This document shows positions 9,369 through 18,568 of a DNA stretch of 39,397 bases, piece by piece. The notes under the pieces are model-generated. The model was not told the origin of the DNA, did not search any database, and saw only the letters and a list, made by a program, of their open reading frames with translations. Positions within the stretch are counted from its first letter, which is position 1, and the number at the start of each line of letters is the position of its first letter. This DNA is from an uncultured Clostridia bacterium (GTDB lineage Bacteria > Bacillota > Clostridia > Christensenellales > CAG-1252), in assembly GCA_946648015.1 (NCBI GenBank), contig CAMPCZ010000003.1, forward strand, positions 1-39,397, given 5' to 3'. A program made the translations under genes and the position numbers.

Positions 9369-11513
9369 ATGAAAATCAGTCTTCGCGTCAAAGTCGTATT
9401 GATGACTTTGGTTTTGGCGCTGACGCTCATCGGGTCGTCGGTGCTTATCTCTTCGCTCATCTTTTCGGCGCGATCCGAGGCCGACGAGTTGGACGATTGC
9501 CGCAGTGCCGCCGCCAATATGACCGAGCGCATCGAGGAATATAGCACCTACTACGAGTTTATCGGCGAATACGTGGCGGAAATACAGTCGATATATGCCG
9601 AAAATTACGACGACCTGGTGTACCATTCGCAAAACGAATTCGATTCCCCCGAGCAAGAGGCAGCCTACTACGGCGGCTTGACGCGGCACTTGTTTCCGGC
9701 GAGCAACGGCGGCTTGGGCATGAGCCTCGTTCAGCTCAACTTCAAAATGCACTACTACGACGTTTTCAACGAGTTGTTGCTGGTGTCCAACGTCTTCGAT
9801 ACCGAGGGCGGATACATTTTTTGGTACGACAGCGAGCACGACTACGTGGTATATTTGATGGACGCCACCGACGAGAGTTCGCCCCTGTACGCCTATCCGG
9901 CCAGCATAGAGCACCCCTCGCAACAATGGAAAGATGCCGCGCTTGCGCGCGCCGAAGTGGCGGCGTACGTCAAAAAGAACGACTACGGCAAGTATTGCTA
10001 TAGTTCGTGCCCCGTGGTGGACAAAGAAACGGGGGAGACCATCGCCTACGTCGGGTTCAATTACGATATGGGCAAGTTGCAAAAGACGCAGCGAGACTAC
10101 ATCACCACCATCACCCTCATTATGTTGGTCGCTATGGTGGTGATAGCCGTCGTCTATCTGTTGTTGGCCGAAGTGTTTTTGGTCAAAAACATTCGCACGC
10201 TGTCCCATTCTACCGCCGAATTTACCCAAATGCTCGCGGGTGGCAAGGCGCTCAGGCCCGTGGTCAGCCACGTCAAATCGCACGATGAGATAGGCGCGCT
10301 GTCCCGCCAATTCGACGTGATGCAAGAAAAGTTGGTGCAGTACGTGGACGCATTGGAGCAAAAGAAAGAGGAAGAGCATCGCCGCGGCGCCGAGTTGGCC
10401 ATCGCCGCCAATATACAAAACGAAGAATTGCCCGCCGGTGCCTACGAAGACGGCGCTGTCAAGGTGTCGGCCGACATCACTTCCGCCAAAGAGGTGGGCG
10501 GCGATTTTTACGACTACTTTTACATCGACGCGGGTCGTTTGGCTGTGGTGATAGCCGACGTTTCGGGCAAGGGCGTGCCCGCGGCGCTGTTTATGATGAA
10601 GGCAAAGAGCCTTATCAAGACCAAATTGCAGGCAACGGGCGATCTTTTGGCAACTATGTACGAGGTCAACAACACGCTGTTGGACAACAACAAGCAGGGG
10701 TTGTTCGTAACGGCTTTCGTCGGCGTCATCGACTTGGCCGAGCGCCGTATGGAATGCGTCAGCGCAGGCCACGAAAAACCCTATCTCGTAGGGGACGGCA
10801 AGGTTTGCCGCCTATCGGTCAATTCCAACTTTGTGCTGGCAGGGCTCAAAAACTTTGCCTACACCAAGGACGTGGTGGATTTGCGCGGCAAGCGCCTATT
10901 CCTCTTTACCGACGGGCTCAACGAGTCTATCAACGCCGCCGGCGAGGAGTTCGGATATGCTCGCATAGAGCAGTCGCTGTCGCAATGCCTTGCCGACACC
11001 CAAGAGCAGACCTTTGCACGAGTCAAAGGCGATCTGCGGGACTTTGTGGGCGAAGCGGAGCCCTTCGACGACGTTACCTTGCTTGCGGTCGAGCTCAAGG
11101 AGGGCGGTCGTTTCGAAGTCACCTACACCAACCCCGACTACGACGTGATAGAGGACGCTACCGATCGGTGCAACGCCGCTTTTGCCCATATAGGCAAAGA
11201 ACGACTGTCGTTGTTGGACGTGGTCATCGACGAGGTGATCAACAACGTGGTCAGCTACGAAAAACACGACGGTTTGCTACTCAAAGTGGAGGGCAAACTG
11301 GAAGAGGACTGCGCGGTGTTGACCTTTTCATCCAACGGCCCCCCGTTCAACCCCATCGGCGTGCAGGACAAATACCTGGATAGCATCGACGCCGATACCG
11401 CTGCGGGCGGCTTCGGCATGACCATTACGCGCCGCATAAGCGACGACATCGACTATCGGCGTGCCGACGGCTTCAACGTGCTGGTGGTCAAAAAGAGTTT
11501 GAAAGACAATTAG
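9369..11513 (+). CDS. Membrane sensor PP2C/SpoIIE-type Ser phosphatase (TM-sensor-TM-HAMP-PP2C) with C-terminal RsbW-like HATPase_c domain
   Basis: Two TM helices flanking an extracytoplasmic region; HAMP (HDEIGALSRQF); PP2C motifs GGDFYD, IADVSGKG, FTDG, DDVT; C-terminal DEVINN...PFNP...GGFGM. Confidence 0.9.
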   Translation: MKISLRVKVVLMTLVLALTLIGSSVLISSLIFSARSEADELDDCRSAAANMTERIEEYSTYYEFIGEYVAEIQSIYAENYDDLVYHSQNEFDSPEQEAAYYGGLTRHLFPASNGGLGMSLVQLNFKMHYYDVFNELLLVSNVFDTEGGYIFWYDSEHDYVVYLMDATDESSPLYAYPASIEHPSQQWKDAALARAEVAAYVKKNDYGKYCYSSCPVVDKETGETIAYVGFNYDMGKLQKTQRDYITTITLIMLVAMVVIAVVYLLLAEVFLVKNIRTLSHSTAEFTQMLAGGKALRPVVSHVKSHDEIGALSRQFDVMQEKLVQYVDALEQKKEEEHRRGAELAIAANIQNEELPAGAYEDGAVKVSADITSAKEVGGDFYDYFYIDAGRLAVVIADVSGKGVPAALFMMKAKSLIKTKLQATGDLLATMYEVNNTLLDNNKQGLFVTAFVGVIDLAERRMECVSAGHEKPYLVGDGKVCRLSVNSNFVLAGLKNFAYTKDVVDLRGKRLFLFTDGLNESINAAGEEFGYARIEQSLSQCLADTQEQTFARVKGDLRDFVGEAEPFDDVTLLAVELKEGGRFEVTYTNPDYDVIEDATDRCNAAFAHIGKERLSLLDVVIDEVINNVVSYEKHDGLLLKVEGKLEEDCAVLTFSSNGPPFNPIGVQDKYLDSIDADTAAGGFGMTITRRISDDIDYRRADGFNVLVVKKSLKDN

Positions 11514-11537
11514 CAAGCCGTATGGTATGATCGAACC

Positions 11538-12140
11538 ATGAAAGAGTACGTCCAAGACATAGTGCACGTCTACTATACATCTGTCGGCGCCGATTTTGCG
11601 GCGGACGGGTTGGGCTATATTACCCCCGAGGATATAGCGAGTGCCGCCCGCTATGTGCAAGCGTCCGATCGGGCGTTGCACTTGGTATCGGCATACCTCA
11701 AACGCAAGTACGTAGGGCGCTGGACGGTGGACGAGAGGGGCAAACCGCAAAGCGAGCGCGCGTATTTTAACGTGTCGCATACCGATGGGCTGGTATGCTT
11801 GGCCTTGGCCGACCAAGCGGTGGGTGTAGACGTCGAGGTTGTCCGCCCGGTAGAGGACGACTTGGCGCGCTATGCGCTGTCGGAGCCCGAGTACGCAACG
11901 TGGCTGGCGGGCACGCCTTTTGCCACCTTGTGGACCGCCAAAGAGAGTTTGGTCAAAGCGCACGGCACGGGGTTGTGTTGCCACCCCGGCAAGATAGACG
12001 CTTTGCCCGTCGAGGGTGCCAAGATCTATTTGGGCGAGGTATACTATTCGCGTTCGGTGCAGCTCAACGGCTGCGTCCTGTGCGTTACGCGCCGCGGCGC
12101 CGCGCCTTTTTCTATAGACTTGGTTTGCGATGTGCTGTGA
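11538..12140 (+). CDS. Sfp-type 4'-phosphopantetheinyl transferase
   Basis: GKP, FNVSHT, VGVDVE and WTAKES motifs; lies in the NRPS cluster. Confidence 0.92.
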   Translation: MKEYVQDIVHVYYTSVGADFAADGLGYITPEDIASAARYVQASDRALHLVSAYLKRKYVGRWTVDERGKPQSERAYFNVSHTDGLVCLALADQAVGVDVEVVRPVEDDLARYALSEPEYATWLAGTPFATLWTAKESLVKAHGTGLCCHPGKIDALPVEGAKIYLGEVYYSRSVQLNGCVLCVTRRGAAPFSIDLVCDVL

Positions 12141-12195
12141 GGTGCCGGCAACGCGCGACGGTTTTCGTCGTACACCTTGCCGAGCAAGGGCACGC

Positions 12196-12224
12196 TTGAC
12201 AAGGCGCGCCGCAATTGGTACAAT
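12196..12224 (+). promoter_or_regulatory. sigmaA promoter of the LytTR two-component operon
   Basis: TTGACA, 17 bp spacer, TACAAT preceded by an extended TG. Confidence 0.75.
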
Positions 12225-12253
12225 AATAAAAAACTACGTTATGGAGGCCCCCC

Positions 12254-12958
12254 GTGATACGCATTGCCATTTGCGAAGACAAAGACGAGCCGGCGCGCAC
12301 CTTATTTGCGCACTTGGCGCGCTACCAAAAGGAGCGCGACGTTTCGCTGGAGTACGTGCATTTTTGCAACGGATTGGCATTTTTGGATAAGTACCGCCAA
12401 GGCTTCGACGTGGTGTTTATGGATATCGAAATGCCCGTTTTGGACGGGATGGAAACGGCCAAACGCTTGCGCCAAATAGACCCTTACGTCCCCTTGGTGT
12501 TTATCACCGACCTCAAACAATTTGCCCTCAAAGGGTATGAGGTAGAGGCGCTGGATTTTTTGGTCAAGCCCGTGGTTTGGCCCGCCTTTGCTTCTATGAT
12601 GGATCGTGTGCGCAAAAACCTTTCGAAGCGCGGCGACGATACCGTCGCGTTGCAAACGGCCGAAGGCACCGTCAAGGTGTCGCTCGCCGACGTTTACTAC
12701 GTAGAAGTGGTGCAGCACTACGTCGTCTACCACACGTTGGGCGGCGAGTTTCGCTTTTGGGGCAGCCTTGCCGAGGAAGAGAAACGCTTGCCTGCCGATC
12801 GCTTCGTACGTTCGTCGTCGGCTTATTTGGTCAATTTGGGGCACGTAACTCGCGTCGATGGCGTCGACGTCTACGTGGGCGGGGCGTGCTTGCCCCTCTC
12901 GCGCGGCAAAAAAGCCGCCTTTTTGGAGGCATTGCTTGCCTTCGTCAACAGGAGATAG
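12254..12958 (+). CDS. LytTR-family response regulator (REC + LytTR)
   Basis: IAICED, FMDIEMP (phospho-Asp), DFLVKP; LytTR tail FVRSSSAYLVNL...LPLSR; GTG start with GGAGG RBS. Confidence 0.93.
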   Translation: MIRIAICEDKDEPARTLFAHLARYQKERDVSLEYVHFCNGLAFLDKYRQGFDVVFMDIEMPVLDGMETAKRLRQIDPYVPLVFITDLKQFALKGYEVEALDFLVKPVVWPAFASMMDRVRKNLSKRGDDTVALQTAEGTVKVSLADVYYVEVVQHYVVYHTLGGEFRFWGSLAEEEKRLPADRFVRSSSAYLVNLGHVTRVDGVDVYVGGACLPLSRGKKAAFLEALLAFVNRR

Positions 12959-12959
12959 T

Positions 12960-14321
12960 ATGCGCGACTATTTGGTTTTCTATCTTGCCATGCACTTATC
13001 TACGGCGTTTGGCATCGTGGTGTACGAGGCCATGTTCGCCTATTCTTTCCGTCGGCGCAAGCACTTCGTTTTGCGCGTGATATTGGGGCTGTTGGCGTTG
13101 GGCGGTTTTGCCACCGTCGCGTCCTTTTGGGTGTATCAGGCGCACGTCGCGGGGTTTGAATTTACGTTGCTAAACGTAGAAATATTGCGCGTCGTTGCCA
13201 ATTTACTCTTTTTTGCCGCCGGCACCGGACTGTTCTTTCTGTTTTTCAAAGAAAGCCCCGTCGTCATATTGTTTGCCAGCGTCGCGGCAGCCGCCGCAAG
13301 GATGGCGGCCTCCGGCATTTACGAGGCAACCATCGCTTCGTTGGGGATTCGATCCCCCTTTTATTCCATGTTTACGGGCTACAACGTATGGAGTTTCGTG
13401 CTCTATTACGCATTCCACCTCTTGGTGATGGCCATCGTATTCTTTGTCTTTGCGCGGCCGTTTGCCGGCGCTATCAAATCCTTCGATCGAACGGGTAGCC
13501 GGGCGATGGTAGGCCTTTTCGTTATTTTTTCTTACGTCTTCGTGGGCATACAGGGCACCAACGTTTTCAACAACGACTTCAACGGAAGCGAACTCAACAC
13601 CATACCCGTGTTATTCAATGCTTTTTTGGGCGTGTTCGGCGTGTTCGTGTTGTTCGTACAGCGGTTTTCGTTGGAATGGGTCAAAAGCACGCAGGAAAAA
13701 GAGGCCGAGCGGCAGTCGCACGAGGGTTTTCGCCGTCAGATGGAGACGCAACAGCAAAATATGCAGCTCATCAACCTCAAGTGCCACGACCTCAAACACC
13801 AGGTGCGCACCCTTTTGGCCGGGCGCAATATGGATGAATTCTTTGTGGAAGAGGTGCAACGCACAATCTCTATATACGACGCGCGCGTACGCACGGGCAA
13901 CGAGGCCTTGGACGTGCTACTCACCGAAAAATCGCTGTTGTGCGACGTCAACCATATACAAATCACCGCTATGATAGAGGGCGAAGCGCTGGGGTTTATG
14001 AGCGTAGCCGATATCAATAGTTTTTTTGGCAACGCCATCGACAACGCCGTAGAGTATCTGTTGGGAGTGGAGGAGGACTGTCGCTTTATACGCCTCTCGT
14101 CCCAGCGCAAAGGCGCGGTGTATGCGGTGCGCATCGAAAACTATTGCGTGGCCGATCTGGACTTTGACAAACGCGGCTTGCCTCGCACCACCAAGGGGGA
14201 TGCCGACTACCACGGCTTTGGCACCCAAAGTATCAAAGCGGTGGCCACCAAGTATGGCGGCACAGCCGCTTTCGGGCGCGAGGACGACCTCTTTGTGGTG
14301 AGTGCTATGTTTATGCTATAG
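12960..14321 (+). CDS. Multi-TM GHKL sensor histidine kinase (AgrC/VirS-like)
   Basis: Long polytopic N-terminus; H-box CHDLKH, TGNEALD, GNAIDNAVE, TTKGDADYHGFG; start moved to the ATG at 12960 (GGAG RBS, just after the regulator stop). Confidence 0.9.
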   Translation: MRDYLVFYLAMHLSTAFGIVVYEAMFAYSFRRRKHFVLRVILGLLALGGFATVASFWVYQAHVAGFEFTLLNVEILRVVANLLFFAAGTGLFFLFFKESPVVILFASVAAAAARMAASGIYEATIASLGIRSPFYSMFTGYNVWSFVLYYAFHLLVMAIVFFVFARPFAGAIKSFDRTGSRAMVGLFVIFSYVFVGIQGTNVFNNDFNGSELNTIPVLFNAFLGVFGVFVLFVQRFSLEWVKSTQEKEAERQSHEGFRRQMETQQQNMQLINLKCHDLKHQVRTLLAGRNMDEFFVEEVQRTISIYDARVRTGNEALDVLLTEKSLLCDVNHIQITAMIEGEALGFMSVADINSFFGNAIDNAVEYLLGVEEDCRFIRLSSQRKGAVYAVRIENYCVADLDFDKRGLPRTTKGDADYHGFGTQSIKAVATKYGGTAAFGREDDLFVVSAMFML

Positions 14322-14349
14322 TCAAAAGTATTATATTAGAGGAGTTTAT

Positions 14350-15606
14350 ATGAAGAATCTCAACAAAATTATGAATATGGACTCGGTGTATCTAAAACGC
14401 CTTTACAACACGTCGTGCTTGGCGTTTCGCACCGAAAACAGATTTGCCAAAAAGGGCGGCGTGGTTTTTGTGGGTGACAGCATCACCGACTTCTGCAACC
14501 TTGATACCTACTATCCCGAGCTTAAGGCATTCAACCGCGGCATATCGGGCGATACTATCGAGGGCATTCGCGGCAGGTTGGAAGAAAGCGTCTTCGGCTT
14601 GGCGCCCACGCTAGTGGTGTTGCACGGCGGTGCCAACAACTTCGCGGAGGGCTACGAGGACGTGGAGACCTTCGTCATCGACACCTACCGCGATATCCTG
14701 TCGCAGATCAAGGCTCGCCTGCCGTATGCCAAAGTGCTGGTGCAATCGGTCTATCCCGTATCCGACGTATCTTTCCACAACCGCTATAAGTATGGCCACG
14801 GGCATATCCGCTCCATCAACGCCAAACTCAAAGAACTCACGCTGTCCTTTGGCTACGTCTATGCCGACGTGTATTCGGTCATTGCCGCGGAGGACGAAGA
14901 GTTCGACCGCCGCTACACCGACGACGGCTTGCACCCCAACCAAGCGGGCTACAAGGTCATCAGCGAATACCTCCGGCCCATCATCGACGATATGATGGGG
15001 GTCAAGGGTTTGGCCGCCGTGGCAGCCGACGTCGTGGAGCAGGAGGAAGGCAGGGGCACCTTGACGATACTCGGCAAGGAGATCGTGACGTCTTATATCG
15101 AGCGGATACTGGTTGCCATACTTGCCTTGGCCATGGGCATTCTGTTCTGCGTGAACGTCAGCGCTGCGGTCAGCATCACCGTGGGCGAGATACTCTGTGT
15201 ATACGGCACCATCAATATCATCATCATAGGCGTGAGCCGCAGACCCCTTTTCAGCGTGATGGGCGTTTTGAACGCCGCCATCATCGCCGTGGGATGCGCC
15301 TTCTGCACGCACGACCTCGCCACCGTGGTCGCTTTGACGGTCCCCTTCCTTCTGACCTTTATAGGCGCATTGGTGTTTATCGATAGTTTCGTGAGCCGTT
15401 TTCTATTCCATCACGGGGGCGTGGTGCGTGTGGTCGTGTTGGCTATCTTTGGCTCGGCTATGTTCTCGTTGGGATTGAGCCTTTTGACTGTGGAGGATTT
15501 CCGCTTGGGCTATACCAACCTTGTCTTCGGCATTATCCTTTGCTTGGCGAGCGTCGGCCTACTTGCCTTTACCGTGTCGGATATGGTAAAAAATAGAGAA
15601 AAATAA
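14350..15606 (+). CDS. SGNH/GDSL hydrolase fused to a C-terminal multi-pass membrane domain
   Basis: FVGDSIT, NRGISGD, HGGANN and DGLHP blocks, then about 6 hydrophobic helices; GAGGAG RBS before the ATG at 14350. Confidence 0.85.
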   Translation: MKNLNKIMNMDSVYLKRLYNTSCLAFRTENRFAKKGGVVFVGDSITDFCNLDTYYPELKAFNRGISGDTIEGIRGRLEESVFGLAPTLVVLHGGANNFAEGYEDVETFVIDTYRDILSQIKARLPYAKVLVQSVYPVSDVSFHNRYKYGHGHIRSINAKLKELTLSFGYVYADVYSVIAAEDEEFDRRYTDDGLHPNQAGYKVISEYLRPIIDDMMGVKGLAAVAADVVEQEEGRGTLTILGKEIVTSYIERILVAILALAMGILFCVNVSAAVSITVGEILCVYGTINIIIIGVSRRPLFSVMGVLNAAIIAVGCAFCTHDLATVVALTVPFLLTFIGALVFIDSFVSRFLFHHGGVVRVVVLAIFGSAMFSLGLSLLTVEDFRLGYTNLVFGIILCLASVGLLAFTVSDMVKNREK

Positions 15607-15644
15607 TCGTTAAATTGCAAGTTAAGAGATGATTGTGACCGATT

Positions 15645-15675
15645 AAGAGATGGGCATTGGCGTCCATCTCTTTTT
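15645..15675 (+). terminator. Intrinsic terminator after the SGNH fusion gene
   Basis: AAGAGATGGGC-loop-GTCCATCTCTT followed by a T run. Confidence 0.65.
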
Positions 15676-15730
15676 GACATATAGTGTATACGTGCTTTTG
15701 CGAAGCATAATAACTATATGAGGAAAGATT

Positions 15731-16915
15731 ATGAAAATTACGGTAGTATGTGATATATACGGCAAGGAAAACAACGGTAGCGCCATCGTGGCGTACAACT
15801 TGATCCGCTTTCTCGAAAGCCAAGGCCACGACGTGCGCATTTTGTGCGCCGACCAAGCCCAAAAGGGCAAAAAGAACGTGTACGTGGTACCCAACCTCAA
15901 TTTCGGCAAGGCACTCAACGCCTACGTCGCCAAGGTGGGCGTGTCCCTTGCCAAGCCCCAAAAACGCATTATCAAAGCGGCATTGGAAGGCGTGGACGCG
16001 GTGCATATCATGATGCCTCTCACTTTGGGGTTGGCCACCGTCAAGGTGGCGCACGCTATGGGGTTGCCCATCACGGCGGGCTTCCATATGCAGGCCGAAA
16101 ACCTCACTTCCTACTTCAAACTCAACAAGTCGCGTTTGGCCAACAAGTTGGCCAACCACTTTATGTACGACCACTTCTACCGCTACGTGGATTGCATTCA
16201 CTATCCCACCCGGTTTATCCGCGATACATTCGAGAGCGCCGTCAAGCGCAAAACGCCGGGCTACGTCATTTCCAACGGCGTGCACAGCTACGTGCGTCCT
16301 CGCAAGGTGGACAAACCCGCCGAGTTGCAGGACAAGATCGTGTTGCTCACCACGGGCCGCTATTCTACCGAAAAGAGTCAGGACGTGCTCATCAAAGCGG
16401 TGGCGCGCTCCAAATATAAGGATAAGATCCAACTCATCTTGGGCGGCGAGGGCATCAAAGAGGAATACTATCGTCGCTTGGCGGCCGACTTGCCCATTCA
16501 ACCCGTGTTCAAATTCTATTCGCGCACCGAGATCATCGACGTGCTCAACTACGCCGATATGTACGTGCACCCCGCACAAATCGAGCTGGAGGGTATCTCG
16601 TGCATAGAGGCCATAGCGTGCGGCAAAATGACCATCGTCAGCGATTCCCGCTTGTCCGCCACGCACAACTTTGCGGTGGACGACAAGTGCGTCTTCCGCG
16701 CGCAGGACGACCAAGACCTGGCACGCGTCATCGACTTTTGGATAGAAAACCCCGACCTGCGGCACCAATACGAGGAGCGCTATTTGCACTCGGCCGTTGC
16801 CTATGATCAAACCGAATGTATGCACCGCATGGAATCTATGATTTTCGACGCCATAGACAAAGTGGGGCGCAACGCCTTGCCCGAGGGCAGATATCACTAC
16901 GTGGCCATTCGCTAA
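15731..16915 (+). CDS. GT4-family (GT-B) glycosyltransferase, possibly a glycolipid synthase
   Basis: N-terminal NG...GHDVRI, ISNGV, GRYSTEK, ELEGISCIEA (E-x7-E motif). Confidence 0.88.
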   Translation: MKITVVCDIYGKENNGSAIVAYNLIRFLESQGHDVRILCADQAQKGKKNVYVVPNLNFGKALNAYVAKVGVSLAKPQKRIIKAALEGVDAVHIMMPLTLGLATVKVAHAMGLPITAGFHMQAENLTSYFKLNKSRLANKLANHFMYDHFYRYVDCIHYPTRFIRDTFESAVKRKTPGYVISNGVHSYVRPRKVDKPAELQDKIVLLTTGRYSTEKSQDVLIKAVARSKYKDKIQLILGGEGIKEEYYRRLAADLPIQPVFKFYSRTEIIDVLNYADMYVHPAQIELEGISCIEAIACGKMTIVSDSRLSATHNFAVDDKCVFRAQDDQDLARVIDFWIENPDLRHQYEERYLHSAVAYDQTECMHRMESMIFDAIDKVGRNALPEGRYHYVAIR

Positions 16916-16928
16916 GCGGAGATAAAAT

Positions 16929-17921
16929 ATGACGAAAGAAAGCACGCTATCGGCGGTAGAACAAGTCCCCGAAGAGGAGAATGAGGAACAAATGAAACAG
17001 GATCGTAGCCCCAAAACCATGACAAAACGGCTGTTTTTGATGGTAGACAAGTTGTTCTACAAAGCGCAAAACCCGCCCGACAAAGTGGCCGAAGCCGTGC
17101 GCGGCGTGGTGCAATTGCGTGATATTCCCTTTAGCGAGCGCTTCGACTGCAAACTCGACTTGCTGTACGTGCCTCGCCGCGACGGCACCAAATATCCTGT
17201 GGTATTCGAGATACACGGCGGCGGTTTTTCGGCGGGAGACAAAGCGTTTCGCATTTACCATTGTCTCAACATTGCCAAGCGTTCGGGCGCTATGGTCGTC
17301 AACGTCAATCACCCGTTGGGCCCCGAGGCCACTTGTCCGCAGCCAATGCAATGCTTGGTGGATGCCTTCAACTGGGTGATGGCCAATGCCGACCGCTACC
17401 GTCTGGATACCGACCGCATGATGGTTACGGGCGACAGTTCGGGCGCTTACTATGCGGCGATGTTGGCCATGCTGCCCGACAACCCCGCCTTGCAAAAAGC
17501 CTACGGCGAAATGCACGGGCGCTTCGGGTCGGCGGTGTATATTTGCGGCGTTTTCGACGTGGCCGATTCGCTCAAACATCGCTTGCCTTTCGGCATCACC
17601 ACGGGGGTATGTATAGATATATCGGGGCGCAAACCCAAGGACTTGGCTACTTGGGATTATATGCCCTATATGTCGCCCGTCGATTTCGTTACGCCCGCTC
17701 ACCCCAAGGCGATGGTGGTGTATGCCGCCAAGGATTTCTTTTGCAAGGGGCAGGCCGAAACGTTGCTGGCCAAACTGCGTGCGGCAGGCGTCGAATGTGC
17801 CGAGTACGGCAGCAAGCGGTTTGCCGACAACCACGCCTTTGCCATCAATACCAATAGCCGCGCGGCGAGACAAGCCCGCGAGCAAATATATGCCTATATG
17901 GAGACCTTTTGCCGAGGCTGA
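16929..17921 (+). CDS. Alpha/beta hydrolase, HSL-like esterase/lipase
   Basis: HGGGF oxyanion motif, GDSSG nucleophile elbow, candidate catalytic Asp (KDF) and His (HAF). Confidence 0.88.
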   Translation: MTKESTLSAVEQVPEEENEEQMKQDRSPKTMTKRLFLMVDKLFYKAQNPPDKVAEAVRGVVQLRDIPFSERFDCKLDLLYVPRRDGTKYPVVFEIHGGGFSAGDKAFRIYHCLNIAKRSGAMVVNVNHPLGPEATCPQPMQCLVDAFNWVMANADRYRLDTDRMMVTGDSSGAYYAAMLAMLPDNPALQKAYGEMHGRFGSAVYICGVFDVADSLKHRLPFGITTGVCIDISGRKPKDLATWDYMPYMSPVDFVTPAHPKAMVVYAAKDFFCKGQAETLLAKLRAAGVECAEYGSKRFADNHAFAINTNSRAARQAREQIYAYMETFCRG

Positions 17922-17930
17922 ACCCATCAT

Positions 17931-17961
17931 AAAATCGCCGTCCTTCGTGGGCGGCGATTTT
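17931..17961. terminator. Bidirectional intrinsic terminator between convergent genes
   Basis: AAAATCGCCGTCC-loop-GGGCGGCGATTTT. Confidence 0.8.
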
Positions 17962-17982
17962 GCGTTGTGTTGTTGCTGTGGC

Positions 17983-18561
17983 TTAGTCCAGCACTTTGAT
18001 CACTTTTGCCGGCACGCCCGCTACCAAGGTGCCCGCGGGCACGTCCTTGGTTACCACGGCGCCTGCCGCCACTACGGCGCGGTCGCCTATGGTTACGCCC
18101 GGCAAGATGGTGGCGGCCGAGGCGATCCACACGTCGTTGCCAATGGTAACGCCCAAATTGCGCTGGTTTGCCTTGGACTTGCGTTGGTCGGCGTCCAAGG
18201 GATGCAGCGGGGTGGCGATGGTAACGTTTGGCCCTATCAGCACGTTGTTGCCAATGACGATTTTGCCGTCGTCTACCAAGGTAAGGTTAAAATTGGCATA
18301 AAAGTTGTCGCCGATATATACGTTTTTGCCTCCGAAATTGGCGTGAATGGGCGGCTCGACATAGGGATTTTTGCCCACTTCGGCAAACAACGCAGACAAG
18401 ATCTTGGCGCGTTTTTTCAGCCCCGAGGGGGTGGCTTTGGTGCGGTTGTAGGCGTTCATTTGCTCTATGCAGCGTTGCTGGTATTGCAAAAGCACGCTGT
18501 CGCCGCAATCGTAGTATTCGCCTCCGAATAGCATTTGGTCGTATTGTGGATCTCGTTTCAT
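17983..18561 (-). CDS. Sugar O-acetyltransferase (maltose/galactoside acetyltransferase family)
   Basis: Hexapeptide repeats ([51 protein letters not shown]); start at 18561 with GAGGA RBS. Confidence 0.9.
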   Translation of the reverse strand: MKRDPQYDQMLFGGEYYDCGDSVLLQYQQRCIEQMNAYNRTKATPSGLKKRAKILSALFAEVGKNPYVEPPIHANFGGKNVYIGDNFYANFNLTLVDDGKIVIGNNVLIGPNVTIATPLHPLDADQRKSKANQRNLGVTIGNDVWIASAATILPGVTIGDRAVVAAGAVVTKDVPAGTLVAGVPAKVIKVLD

Positions 18562-18568
18562 ATATTCC

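Noticed and set aside
12858-12959. Upstream starts given in the ORF track (12858, 14302, 18591, 19408, 20164, 22005, 24193, 25907, 27096, 37979)
   Set aside because: Downstream starts have clear RBSs, fit family N-termini and avoid long overlaps with neighbouring genes or promoters
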